Assembly: GCA_964434115.1 (NCBI GenBank)
Contig: CAYSSX010000001.1
Location: forward strand, 85,571 to 149,570
Direction of reading: 5' to 3'
DNA length: 64,000 bases
Source: an uncultured bacterium
GTDB lineage: Bacteria; Omnitrophota; Omnitrophia; Omnitrophales; Aquincolibacteriaceae
The notes beneath the pieces were generated by a model. That model did not search any database and was not told where the DNA came from. It saw only the letters and a program-made list of their open reading frames with translations. A program made the translations under genes and the position numbers. Below are positions 1 through 8,796 of this stretch, piece by piece. Positions within the stretch are counted from its first letter, which is position 1. Each line of letters begins with the position of its first letter.

Positions 1-66
1 AGTCCAACGCTGGATCCAGAAATTTCCCTGGCTCAACCATCAGCGCCGCCGCTACAGGCATTTTGA
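1..66 (+). CDS. 3' end (about 22 codons) of an unidentified gene entering from upstream; stop TGA at 64-66
   Basis: Frame-1 open reading from window edge to TGA 64-66; too short to assign function. Confidence 0.25.
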   Translation, partial: SPTLDPEISLAQPSAPPLQAF

Positions 67-73
67 ACGTTTT

Positions 74-736
74 TTGGCTTTGGCCCTGATTTCGTTTGCC
101 TGCGGGTTTTTTATGGGGGCCGCGGCCACGCTGGAAACGCACCACGACCCGGTCAAGGCTTTGGGACTTAAAGAAACACGGCCCGGGTTTATGGATTGGT
201 TCCGCAGCACGTTTGCGCCCGTGGTCACGGTTCCCGGCCATCAGCTTGACGGCAGCTTTGTGTTTGCGGATTTTGAATCCGTGGGGGATTTCAGTTTATG
301 GAAAACCGAGGCCGCTTACCTTGAGGTGGCGCAGGAAAATTTTTCCCAAGGCAGTCACTCGGTCAAAATTTCCTACCACAACAACACGCGCTTGTCGGCA
401 GTCACCATGGAAAGTTATTTCAACAGCCGCTACGCGCTCTCCGACTGGTCGGGGTACCGGGCACTGGCTTTCTACCTCTACAACCCTCAGGAAACGCGTG
501 AACGGATTATTATTCAGATCAAGGACCGCCGGGGAAAGCGTTACAAGGAAGACCTCGTGATGGACCCGGACCGCGGCACGAATTTCGTGCTGGACCTTGA
601 CCGCATCCGCAAAGAAATCGACATTCACAGGATTGAGCACATCAACCTGTTTGTCTGGGATTCCAAAGAAGAGAAAGAATTCTTCCTCGACCACCTCCGC
701 CTGCTTCCTGTGAATGAAGGGGGGAAGAACGGATGA
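74..736 (+). CDS. Hypothetical secreted/membrane-anchored single-domain protein, paralogous to the N-terminal extracytoplasmic domain of the downstream 1119-aa protein
   Basis: ORF uses TTG at 74 (alternative ATG at 113). Hydrophobic N-terminus ALALISFACGFFMGAAA. Shares motifs DGSFVF(A/S)DFE, SDW(S/T)GY..L.F and EF(F/Y)(L/F)D.(L/I)RL(L/I)P with residues about 110-260 of the next ORF. Stop overlaps next start (ATGA). Confidence 0.6.
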   Translation: MALALISFACGFFMGAAATLETHHDPVKALGLKETRPGFMDWFRSTFAPVVTVPGHQLDGSFVFADFESVGDFSLWKTEAAYLEVAQENFSQGSHSVKISYHNNTRLSAVTMESYFNSRYALSDWSGYRALAFYLYNPQETRERIIIQIKDRRGKRYKEDLVMDPDRGTNFVLDLDRIRKEIDIHRIEHINLFVWDSKEEKEFFLDHLRLLPVNEGGKNG

Positions 737-3700
737 GGTTTTCTTCGCTGAAAAATATCCTGCTTGTGGCGGCCAGCAAGCTGCGGATTCTCGCGGGCTC
801 TCTTTTTCCGCCACCGCCCGCAGAGCCGCCTTCTTCCGGAGGCAAACCCGGCCGGCGGCGCCGCCACAAAATCCCGAACATGCCGGTGCTGCTGCTGATC
901 TGCCTGGCTTCGGGGGTGATCGCGGGGTATGCGACCACCTTGGCTATTCTTAAAACCGCGGATGCGGTGGTTCATGCGGGTGAAAATTCCGTGCACCTGA
1001 TCCGGTTTGTGTTTGGAAAATCCATTCCGCTTGTGGGGAAAATATCAGATGGAAGTTTTGTTTTTTCGGATTTTGAAAAGCCGGGCAGTGAGAAAGCCTG
1101 GATGCCGATCGGAGCCTCGTTTGAAAGCACGGACCGTTTTCCCTCGCAGGGCGCGCGCACCGGGCATGTTTATTTTTCCTCCAAGGCCCGGCAATCCACC
1201 CTGATTCTTGATGATTTGCTGAAGAGCCGCAAAGGCGGCAGTGACTGGACGGGGTATAAGTCGCTATTTTTCACGGTCTTCACACCGGTCAAGGAAGAGG
1301 TCCGGCTTTCCATGCAGATTACCGACCTGTGGGGAAAACAATACCGGGAAATGATGAAATTTTCAGGCGGCCGCGGTGTTTCCATTTCAATCCCTCTGGA
1401 AAAAATCGCGGGGGTTGTGACCCTTTCGAAAATTGACACGCTTGCTTTTTCCATCACGGATGAAAAAGAAGACCGGGAATTTTATTTTGATGACATTCGT
1501 TTGATTCCCAAAGGCAAACGCGAACCTTTCGGTGCCGTTTCGGGCGGTGAAGCTTCGCAGGCTCAAGCCCGGAATGTGCCGCTCGAAAAGCGGAAGGTGA
1601 ATTTCTTTGATTACGATTTCAAGTCCCGCAAGGCGGCCTGGACTTTGGGGCAGGCCGGGCCTCTGAAAGATATTGTGAGGGTTCCTTTTGTGGTCAAAAA
1701 CGAAACTCCGTACCCCTGCCGTTTTTGTTCGGTGGAAGGCGCGCTTCCGTTTCCCGCCGGAGAATTAAAGGACCTTGAAAAAATGAGGCTGCACACACCC
1801 AAGGGCGAGGAAATTGCTTTTCAGCCGCGCGTTTTGTCCCGCTGGCCGGATGGTTCTGTGCGCTGGCTGGCTCTTTCCTTTGAAGAGTCTCTCGGATCCT
1901 GGCAGGGCACGGGTTACTTTTTGGACTACGGTGCCGGGATCCGGCGGATGGCCGCTCCGGAAAGCCGTCTGAAAGTCAGGGAAGACGCCCAGTCGGTGGA
2001 AGTGGATACCGGGGTTTTGCGGTCCGTGCTTGACCGGAATGCCTTTTTTCTTTTTTCCAAAGTTTTTGTGGATGAAAACGGCGACAGTGTTTTTGAAGAC
2101 ACGGAGCAGCGGGTTTCAGACGCCTCGCTCAGTCTTGTTTTCAGAGGCAAGCAATTCCGGACGGATCTGTCCCGGGCCGACTATAAGCTCGAGGTTGAAG
2201 AAAAGGGGCCGCACCGCGTGGTGATCCGCGCCGAAGGCTGGTTCAAATCCGAAGAGGGCAGCCGGTTTTGCAAGGCCATTGTCCGCTACTATTTTTACGA
2301 GGGCAAAAGCGAGGTCAAGATTGCCCACACGCTGATTTATACGGGGTACCCGGAAAACCGCTTTTACGGAGAGTATGAGGGTTTGGACCTTCCGGCCAAC
2401 GAAACCGTGGAATCTTTCGGCATCCAGGTGCCGCTGAAGGGCTGGAAAGAAGACGAGCCTTTGGCTTTGCGTCTTGGCCGTCATGACGCGCCTCCGCTGG
2501 AGCTTGCGGCCAATGAAAAAGTCCGCCTGGTCCAGAAGGGCTGGGAGCAGTCGGTTCTGTATAAAGGCCCGGAAACTTTGGAAAACCAGGGGCTTTTTTC
2601 CGGATGGGCGGAAGTCTCCTCGCCCGTGCGCGGTCTTTCCGTCTCGGTCCGGCGGTTCCGCGAAAATTATCCCAAGGCCTTTGGGTTTGACCCCGCGAAG
2701 CAGGCACTGGAAATTGACCTTTGGCCCGCGGAGCAGGGGCCGCTTGATTTGTCCACAACGGCCAAGGCCTTGGGCCCTGGGGCCGCGGCCCGGGGCAATG
2801 CCTTTGGTCTGGGGAAAACCCACGAAATGCTTTTTTACTTTCACCGCGGCAACGCGCGCGATTCGCTGGAAAAAATGGAAAGCTTTTCGCGCCGCCTTCT
2901 GATCCGCAGCAATCCGTTTTGGGCGGATGCCACGGGCGCGCTGGGCCGTCTTTTTCCTGCCGATAAGCGCTATCAAAAACAGGAACTCATGCTTGAAGAA
3001 TTATTTGATTGGGCGGACCGTCACCCGAAATACTTTCAATGGTACGGCATGATTAATTTCGGAGACACGCTGACCTGGTGGCGCAGCAAGGACGAGGAAA
3101 AAGATTACGGCGAGTTCGGCTGGCATCCGGAGGGCCGCTGGGGCTGGTACAACGCGGAAGGCGTGGGAACGCACACCGGCAGTCTGCTTCAGTTTGTCCG
3201 CAGCGGGAAGTGGAAGTATTTTGAATTCGGGGAAAATCTCGCGCGCCATATTTTTGACATCGATACCATTCACTACAACACAATCGCCGAAGACCCGCGC
3301 CTTAAAAAAGTGCTGAACGATGAGTTCTCCCAGCCCGGATCCATGCACCGCCACAACGGCGACCACTGGGGCGGGCGCAGTGATGAGGCCAGCCATACCA
3401 ATCTGAACGGGATCCTTCTTTATTATTACCTCACGGGGGATGAACGGGCCTGGGACGTGGCCCGTGAGATTGGAGAGTTTTTTCTTAAAGAACGTTTTAC
3501 TTATGCGGGGCACCCTGACATCGCCCCGCACCGCGGCCTCGCCAACGCTCTCTGGGGAGATGTCCTGATGTTTGAGGCCACGGGCGATGAACGGTACAAA
3601 AATGCCGCGGATAAACTCATTGAAATTTTCTTAAAGGGGCAGCAGCCGGACGGAAGTTTTCTGGAAAATTACAATCCCCAGAAAGATTCCTGGTCCGGTG

Positions 3701-4092
3701 AAAAAGAAGAGTTATTCATGTCGTGGTATGACGTGGGCGCCTTTATCAGTTATCATGAACTCACTCAGGATGTGGCGGTCAAGGAAATGCTCCTCAAACT
3801 GGTCAGGTACCTGGCGAAAAGCGAATCTTCAGGCCCCGTGATTCTTCATGGGCTTGCTTACGCTTATCTGATATCCCATGACGCGGAACTGATCAAGCTA
3901 GCGGAGAATTATCTGGCCGTGATTTTGAAAAACCAAATCAACTCCGAAAATCCCGTGCTGGACGGTTTGATTTACGATAAGCCTATTTACCACAGGCCCA
4001 ATATTTACCTCTACACGGTTCCCTATGTCTTCGGGGCTTTGGAGGAAGCTTACATTCAGGAGAGGAAGGCCGCCGCGGCGGCGCAGGTATGA
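733..4092 (+). CDS. Large (1119 aa) membrane-anchored multidomain protein. Pro/Arg-rich N-terminal tail, one TM helix, beta-domain shared with ORF 74-736, long middle region, and a C-terminal about 380-aa W/Y-rich domain with duplicated LTGDER(A/Y) motifs. Putative glycan hydrolase/lyase-like protein of the EPS locus.
   Basis: Long uninterrupted ORF. RBS-like GAAGGGGGGAAG before ATG 733. TM segment PVLLLICLASGVIAGYATTLAIL. Paralogy to upstream ORF. C-terminal motifs WYGMINFGDTLTWW, HRHNGDHWGGRSDEASHTNLNGILLYYYLTGDERAW and MFEATGDERYKNAADKL resemble repeat helices of alpha/alpha-toroid carbohydrate-active enzymes (inference, not verified). Sits immediately 5' of deacetylase/GT2/exosortase genes. 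Confidence 0.7.
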   Translation: MRFSSLKNILLVAASKLRILAGSLFPPPPAEPPSSGGKPGRRRRHKIPNMPVLLLICLASGVIAGYATTLAILKTADAVVHAGENSVHLIRFVFGKSIPLVGKISDGSFVFSDFEKPGSEKAWMPIGASFESTDRFPSQGARTGHVYFSSKARQSTLILDDLLKSRKGGSDWTGYKSLFFTVFTPVKEEVRLSMQITDLWGKQYREMMKFSGGRGVSISIPLEKIAGVVTLSKIDTLAFSITDEKEDREFYFDDIRLIPKGKREPFGAVSGGEASQAQARNVPLEKRKVNFFDYDFKSRKAAWTLGQAGPLKDIVRVPFVVKNETPYPCRFCSVEGALPFPAGELKDLEKMRLHTPKGEEIAFQPRVLSRWPDGSVRWLALSFEESLGSWQGTGYFLDYGAGIRRMAAPESRLKVREDAQSVEVDTGVLRSVLDRNAFFLFSKVFVDENGDSVFEDTEQRVSDASLSLVFRGKQFRTDLSRADYKLEVEEKGPHRVVIRAEGWFKSEEGSRFCKAIVRYYFYEGKSEVKIAHTLIYTGYPENRFYGEYEGLDLPANETVESFGIQVPLKGWKEDEPLALRLGRHDAPPLELAANEKVRLVQKGWEQSVLYKGPETLENQGLFSGWAEVSSPVRGLSVSVRRFRENYPKAFGFDPAKQALEIDLWPAEQGPLDLSTTAKALGPGAAARGNAFGLGKTHEMLFYFHRGNARDSLEKMESFSRRLLIRSNPFWADATGALGRLFPADKRYQKQELMLEELFDWADRHPKYFQWYGMINFGDTLTWWRSKDEEKDYGEFGWHPEGRWGWYNAEGVGTHTGSLLQFVRSGKWKYFEFGENLARHIFDIDTIHYNTIAEDPRLKKVLNDEFSQPGSMHRHNGDHWGGRSDEASHTNLNGILLYYYLTGDERAWDVAREIGEFFLKERFTYAGHPDIAPHRGLANALWGDVLMFEATGDERYKNAADKLIEIFLKGQQPDGSFLENYNPQKDSWSGEKEELFMSWYDVGAFISYHELTQDVAVKEMLLKLVRYLAKSESSGPVILHGLAYAYLISHDAELIKLAENYLAVILKNQINSENPVLDGLIYDKPIYHRPNIYLYTVPYVFGALEEAYIQERKAAAAAQV

Positions 4093-4874
4093 AGAACGCT
4101 GTCCCTGTTCTTAATTATCACGGCATCCAGTCCCGGCCCGGTGAGTACGGCTGGCATACGGGTGAAAAAATTTATGTTTTGCCTTTGGCCTCGTTTCAGG
4201 AACAGCTGCAGGGGATCGCCCGGAAACACGGCGCGCTTGCGAGCGAAGATCTGTCTTCTGCCGCGACAAAAGAGGGCGTGCTTCTGACTTTTGATGACGG
4301 CCATATCAGCCATTACGAACACGCGCGGCCGGCCCTCAAGGCTGCGGGATTTACAGGGATTTTTTTTATTTCCGCGGGGATGATCGGAGAAAAAGATTTT
4401 ATGGACGCGGCCCAGCTGCGCGAAATGGCCAGCGATGGTTTTGAATTGGGATCCCACGGTTATCACCATGTGCCCTTGCCCGGCCTTTCCAGCGCTCAGC
4501 TGAAGGTGGAGATGCAAGACTCCCGGAAAAGACTTGAGGATGTGACCGGCCGCGAAATTCGCAGCTTTTCCATCCCGCGGGGTTTTTATCATCCCCGGAT
4601 CCGGGCCGCGGCCGAAGAAGCCGGCTACCGTTTTTTGTTTACCTCGCATTTTGGCCTTCACACGACCGGTACGGATTTGTTTTATATCCGCAGGATGGCA
4701 GTCACTCAGGACACCACGGCGGGGCAGTTTGAATCCTGGCTTCAAGGCGATTTGGGCGCGATGCGCTGGGTGGAAGAAGCCAAGGAAAAGGCGCGCCAGT
4801 GGATCGGGCCCAAAGGGTATGAGAAAATGGCTCTTTTGAAGGCCCGCCTCCGGGGCGCGGGCAGGGGAATTTAG
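4089..4874 (+). CDS. Polysaccharide deacetylase, NodB-homology domain (PEP-CTERM/exosortase-locus type)
   Basis: Motifs LTFDDGHISHYE and GSHGYHHVPL (NodB Asp-Asp and His-His metal-binding motifs). ATGA overlap with upstream gene. Location in exosortase locus. Confidence 0.85.
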   Translation: MKNAVPVLNYHGIQSRPGEYGWHTGEKIYVLPLASFQEQLQGIARKHGALASEDLSSAATKEGVLLTFDDGHISHYEHARPALKAAGFTGIFFISAGMIGEKDFMDAAQLREMASDGFELGSHGYHHVPLPGLSSAQLKVEMQDSRKRLEDVTGREIRSFSIPRGFYHPRIRAAAEEAGYRFLFTSHFGLHTTGTDLFYIRRMAVTQDTTAGQFESWLQGDLGAMRWVEEAKEKARQWIGPKGYEKMALLKARLRGAGRGI

Positions 4875-4875
4875 A

Positions 4876-6018
4876 ATGATTCTTTTTTGGCTGTCCGTAC
4901 TGCTTGTCCTTTATACCTACGCCGGATACCCGCTTATTCTCATGTGGCTTGCGCGGGTTTCCTCTCGCCCCGTGAAAAAAGGCTCTTATGAACCGCGCGT
5001 GAGCGTGATTGTCTCCGTGTATAACGAAGAGCGGTTTATCGCCGACAAGATTAACAATCTCCTGGCGTTGGATTATCCGGCGGAAAAAATAGAAATCCTG
5101 ATTGGCTCGGACGGCGGCACGGACAGCACGGATGAAATTGTTTCCGGCATCCACGACCCGAGAATCCGGTTTTTTAGATTTGTCGCGAATCTTGGAAAGC
5201 CGCATGTTTTAAACGGGCTGATCGCGGAAGCTCACGGCGCAGTGCTTGTGTTCACCGATGCCCGCCAGCGGTTTGAACCTCAAGCGGTCCGCAAGCTGGT
5301 TGAAAATTTTTCAGACCCTGATGTGGGCTGTGTTTCCGGAGAACTGTATTTTGAGGAAGCCCGCGGCAGCGGCGTGGCGCAAGGGATGGACGCTTATTGG
5401 AAGTATGAAAAATTTCTCCGTAAAAAAGAAGGGGAGATTGCTTCCATGCTGGGGGCCACCGGCGCCATTTACGCGGCCCGGGCCGATCTTGTCCCGACGC
5501 TTCCCCTGAATATCCTTGTGGACGACATGTACATTCCTCTGGCGATTGTTGCGAAAGGGTACCGCGCGGTTTTTGAGAGTGAAGCGCGGGCCTACGACCT
5601 TGCCTCCAGCAAAGGGACACAGGAATTGAAACGAAAGGTCCGCACGCTGTCGGGAAATTTCCAGATTTTTGCGGCCTTTCCAGACTTGTTAAAACCGTGG
5701 AAAAGCCCGGTGGCCTGGCAGCTCTTGTCGCATAAATTTTTGCGTCTTATGGTGCCGTACTTTTTGATGACCGCATTCCTGAGTAATCTTTTTTTATGCG
5801 CCCATCCTTTTTACTGTTTCTTGCTGCTGGTGCAGGCTGCTTTCTACAGTCTTGCGGCATTTGAGGCCTTGCGCGTGCACTTTTTTCCGCAGATGAAACC
5901 TTTCCGGCCCGCGGCGCTTCCCTACATGTTCTGCCTGCTCAATTTTTCTGCCGCGGCCGGGCTTCGTCAGTACCTCAAAGGGCAGCCCAAAGCCGCGTGG
6001 GACAAGGCTTACCCATGA
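4876..6018 (+). CDS. Family 2 glycosyltransferase, membrane-embedded processive type (N-terminal TM helix plus C-terminal TM bundle)
   Basis: VSVIVSVYNEERFI...LIGSDGGTDSTDEI (GT2 DxD region) and DDMYIPL. Hydrophobic N-terminus and C-terminal multi-TM region, as in PgaC/cellulose-synthase-like synthases. Confidence 0.85.
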   Translation: MILFWLSVLLVLYTYAGYPLILMWLARVSSRPVKKGSYEPRVSVIVSVYNEERFIADKINNLLALDYPAEKIEILIGSDGGTDSTDEIVSGIHDPRIRFFRFVANLGKPHVLNGLIAEAHGAVLVFTDARQRFEPQAVRKLVENFSDPDVGCVSGELYFEEARGSGVAQGMDAYWKYEKFLRKKEGEIASMLGATGAIYAARADLVPTLPLNILVDDMYIPLAIVAKGYRAVFESEARAYDLASSKGTQELKRKVRTLSGNFQIFAAFPDLLKPWKSPVAWQLLSHKFLRLMVPYFLMTAFLSNLFLCAHPFYCFLLLVQAAFYSLAAFEALRVHFFPQMKPFRPAALPYMFCLLNFSAAAGLRQYLKGQPKAAWDKAYP

Positions 6019-6123
6019 TAACAATGATCGTTCCTGCTGTTTTCTGTTGTTCTCCGATCGAAGGAGTTTTTCCTCAAACGCGCTGATTTTGCGAATTCAA
6101 ATTTCATCTGCTAACCTTGCGCA

Positions 6124-6999
6124 TTGTTTAATTCTCAAACTATGACCTCAACATCCGAACAAACCCATTTCAGCTGGAAAAAGCTTCTGCTTCCGGGCCT
6201 TGCCTGCGCGGGGCTTTTGGCCTGGGTCTATGCCCCTACCTTTGAGTGGATGGTGGACCGCTGGTCGGTCCGCGATTCATATTACGGACACGGTTTTTTG
6301 ATCCCGCTGGTTTCTCTGTTCTGGATTTGGCAGAAGCGCGCGGAAATCGCTAAGGCCGTACCCGAGTCCAGCGCCTGGGGCTTTCCTGTTTTGGCCGCAG
6401 CCGCGGTGCTTCAGATTTTTGCCGCTGTTTTCAGGGTTTATTTTATTTCTGCTTTTTCTTTTGTGTTCATGCTTTTCGCGGGCGTTCTTTTGCTGGGCGG
6501 TCTGCGCCTTCTCAAACTTGTGTGGTTTCCTGTTTTCTTTCTGACCTTAATGGTCCCGCTTCCGCTTTTAATGATTTCTGAAATCACCCTGAAAATGAAA
6601 TTCCTTGTGACTGAAATGGCGGTGCATTGCCTGAACGCAGTCGGCCTGCATTCCGAGCGGCAGGGCAGTTACATTGTTCTTCCGAACACGTTCCTGCTGG
6701 TCGGAGACCCTTGCAGCGGCCTGCGCTCCTTTCTTTCTTTTCTTTGTCTGGGGTTTGTTTTCGCTTACGGCGGAAGGACCGCGTGGTGGGGAAAACTGGT
6801 GCTTGTTTTTGCCGGGCTGCCGCTTGCCATCCTTTCAAACTTGATGCGGGTTTTCTTTTTGGGGCTTGTCGCGGAAGTCTACGGCCAGGAAGCCGCGGGC
6901 GGCAAAATCCACGACGTTTCCGGAATTGTTGTCTTTATTATCTCGTTCTGCATTTTTATGGTGATCCGTCAAAAGCTGGAGGGGTCGCATGCAGGCTAA
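6124..6999 (+). CDS. xrt: Exosortase (PEP-CTERM protein-sorting transpeptidase)
   Basis: Polytopic membrane protein. Catalytic-Cys motif GDPCSGLRSF and conserved Arg in SNLMRVFFLG, typical of the exosortase/archaeosortase family. Adjacent EpsI gene and PEP-CTERM substrates. Confidence 0.85.
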   Translation: MFNSQTMTSTSEQTHFSWKKLLLPGLACAGLLAWVYAPTFEWMVDRWSVRDSYYGHGFLIPLVSLFWIWQKRAEIAKAVPESSAWGFPVLAAAAVLQIFAAVFRVYFISAFSFVFMLFAGVLLLGGLRLLKLVWFPVFFLTLMVPLPLLMISEITLKMKFLVTEMAVHCLNAVGLHSERQGSYIVLPNTFLLVGDPCSGLRSFLSFLCLGFVFAYGGRTAWWGKLVLVFAGLPLAILSNLMRVFFLGLVAEVYGQEAAGGKIHDVSGIVVFIISFCIFMVIRQKLEGSHAG

Positions 7000-7603
7000 A
7001 ACAGCCAAAGGCCTCATCCCGTTTGTGCTTGTGCTGGGCGCCTTGAGTTTCTTCCGCCTCGCGCTTCCTTCCGCAATGACTATTGCCGGGGAAGTCAGCC
7101 CGTTTTTTAAAACCTTTCCCCTCGAAATCGGCGCATGGAAAGGCGAAGAAATTGTTCCGGATGAACGCGATCTTCAAATTCTGGAAACGCGCAATGTCTT
7201 GTCGCGCAATTACCGCAATGCGGCCGGCGACTCTTTGCATCTTTTTCTGGTCAGTTCCAAAAAAGACCGCCGCGTCGCGCATCCGCCGGAAGTCTGTTAT
7301 GTTTCCTCGAATTTCAACGTGGTCAATGCCCGTGAGACCACGATTCAGGGGCCGGATGCCAAGATCATTCCGGTAAAGGAGTTTACGGCTGTTCCGGAGC
7401 GTCAGCCGGACAATGCCCAGGAAGTTTTGTACCTTTACAAGATCGGAAACCGGTTTACGACTAATTACTATGCCCAGCAGCTTCAGTTCGCTTTGGATAA
7501 TTTGTCGAAGAATGATTCCGAGGTTTTGATGATTCGTCTGGCAGGAAGAAACAAGGCTGTTCTTGAGGAATTCCTCAAAGAATTAATCCCGGTTTTGAAT
7601 TAA
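6989..7603 (+). CDS. epsI: EpsI-family exosortase-associated protein
   Basis: N-terminal TM anchor LIPFVLVLGALSFF. Motif AHPPEVCYVSS matches the conserved H-P-E-x-C signature of EpsI proteins. 11-nt overlap with exosortase stop. Confidence 0.75.
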   Translation: MQAKTAKGLIPFVLVLGALSFFRLALPSAMTIAGEVSPFFKTFPLEIGAWKGEEIVPDERDLQILETRNVLSRNYRNAAGDSLHLFLVSSKKDRRVAHPPEVCYVSSNFNVVNARETTIQGPDAKIIPVKEFTAVPERQPDNAQEVLYLYKIGNRFTTNYYAQQLQFALDNLSKNDSEVLMIRLAGRNKAVLEEFLKELIPVLN

Positions 7604-7902
7604 CCTTCCCGGGCAGCGTCTCAACTCTAACGCTGCAGACTGCAAAAGACAAAGGACACTTCGTTCACGCGAAAGGCTTTGCCTTGAGGCGAACGGGATG
7701 TCCTTAAAAGATGTAAGTTTATGAAAATGCAGAGGTTGTCAAAATCGCCGGTTATTTAAACAAATCTAGACAAATGTTGTTTTTTTTAGACATTCTGAAA
7801 TTGAAACTAAGATAAGTGACTTTGATGACAAAGCTTTTTAATTGTAAGTCATTCAAAATAAACAAGTTACACAATGTTTTAAACAGGTTAGTTTGAAATT
7901 AG

Positions 7903-7920
7903 TTGGCATGGAAAGTGCAT
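7903..7920 (+). promoter_or_regulatory. Sigma-54 (RpoN) -24/-12 promoter candidate upstream of sugar transferase / PEP-CTERM genes
   Basis: TTGGCATGGAAAGTGCAT = TGGCAT(G)-N4-(G)TGCA with exact GG-N10-GC spacing versus consensus TGGCACG-N4-TTGCA. Lies in a 330-nt AT-rich intergenic region, about 55 nt before ATG 7977. Confidence 0.5.
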
Positions 7921-7976
7921 AGAGTCTGAATGCTGAAGTGCACTTATTCAAATATCCCCGTCATAAGGTGAGCAAA

Positions 7977-8732
7977 ATGAAAACGTTATGGAATGAAGAA
8001 GTTAAACAAGGGTTTAACGCTCTGAGGGCTGATATCCAGCGAGATTATATGCTTCGCCGATATCAGATGCTCTCGAAGGGTGAAACCCCTGTTGAAGAAA
8101 AGCTGATGCACCATTTAACGCATGCCTATACGGCGGTGGTGACATCCTGGCGGCGTTTTTTGAAGCGCGTTTTGGATCTTTCGGTGTCTTTGATGGGGTT
8201 GACCTTGGGCGCGCCTCTGTTCCTGTTGATCGCCCTTGTCATTAAGCTCGACTCCCGCGGACCTATTTTTTACAAACAGCTTCGAGTGGGGCTTCGCGGC
8301 CGTACCTTTTACATCTATAAATTCCGCAGCATGCGTCAGGATGCGGAAGTCAAAAGCGGCCCGGTGTGGGCTAAAGAGAACGATCCGCGCATTACTCGTA
8401 TCGGGAATTTTCTCCGCAAAACGCATTTGGACGAGCTTCCTCAATTCATCAATGTCTTAAAAGGGGAGATGAGCCTTGTCGGTCCCCGCCCTGAGCGCCC
8501 GCACTTCGTGAAAGAATTGCGCAAAGTGATTCCGCATTATGACAAGCGCCATTATGCCAAACCTGGGGTTACCGGGCTTGCGCAGATCCGCCAGCGCTAC
8601 GATGAAACAACTGAAGATGTGAAGAAGAAAGTACGTTACGACGTGCTTTATATCAAAAAGATGTGTCCGATTCTCGATATTAAGGTGATCGCCATGACGG
8701 CGTTTACCATGATTCTGAGAACGGGCAGATAA
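7977..8732 (+). CDS. Exopolysaccharide polyprenyl-phosphate sugar transferase (bacterial sugar transferase family, WbaP/EpsB C-terminal-domain type)
   Basis: Motifs GPRPERPHF, PGVTGLAQI and YDVLYIKKMCPILDIKV, plus a TM helix LGAPLFLLIALVI. Start chosen at ATG 7977 (GGTGA RBS 8 nt upstream); the ORF could start at 7938. Confidence 0.85.
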   Translation: MKTLWNEEVKQGFNALRADIQRDYMLRRYQMLSKGETPVEEKLMHHLTHAYTAVVTSWRRFLKRVLDLSVSLMGLTLGAPLFLLIALVIKLDSRGPIFYKQLRVGLRGRTFYIYKFRSMRQDAEVKSGPVWAKENDPRITRIGNFLRKTHLDELPQFINVLKGEMSLVGPRPERPHFVKELRKVIPHYDKRHYAKPGVTGLAQIRQRYDETTEDVKKKVRYDVLYIKKMCPILDIKVIAMTAFTMILRTGR

Positions 8733-8796
8733 GAGAATGATTCCAGCTAGCGGGAATTACTTCTCTAATTTAAAAAAGAAAGGAGCTAGAAACAGC

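Noticed and set aside
74-4092. Possibility that ORF 74-736 and ORF 733-4092 are one gene split by a frameshift (pseudogene)
   Set aside because: Each ORF contains its own full copy of the shared domain. The first ends exactly at the domain boundary. The junction is a clean ATGA coupling site with a G-rich RBS.
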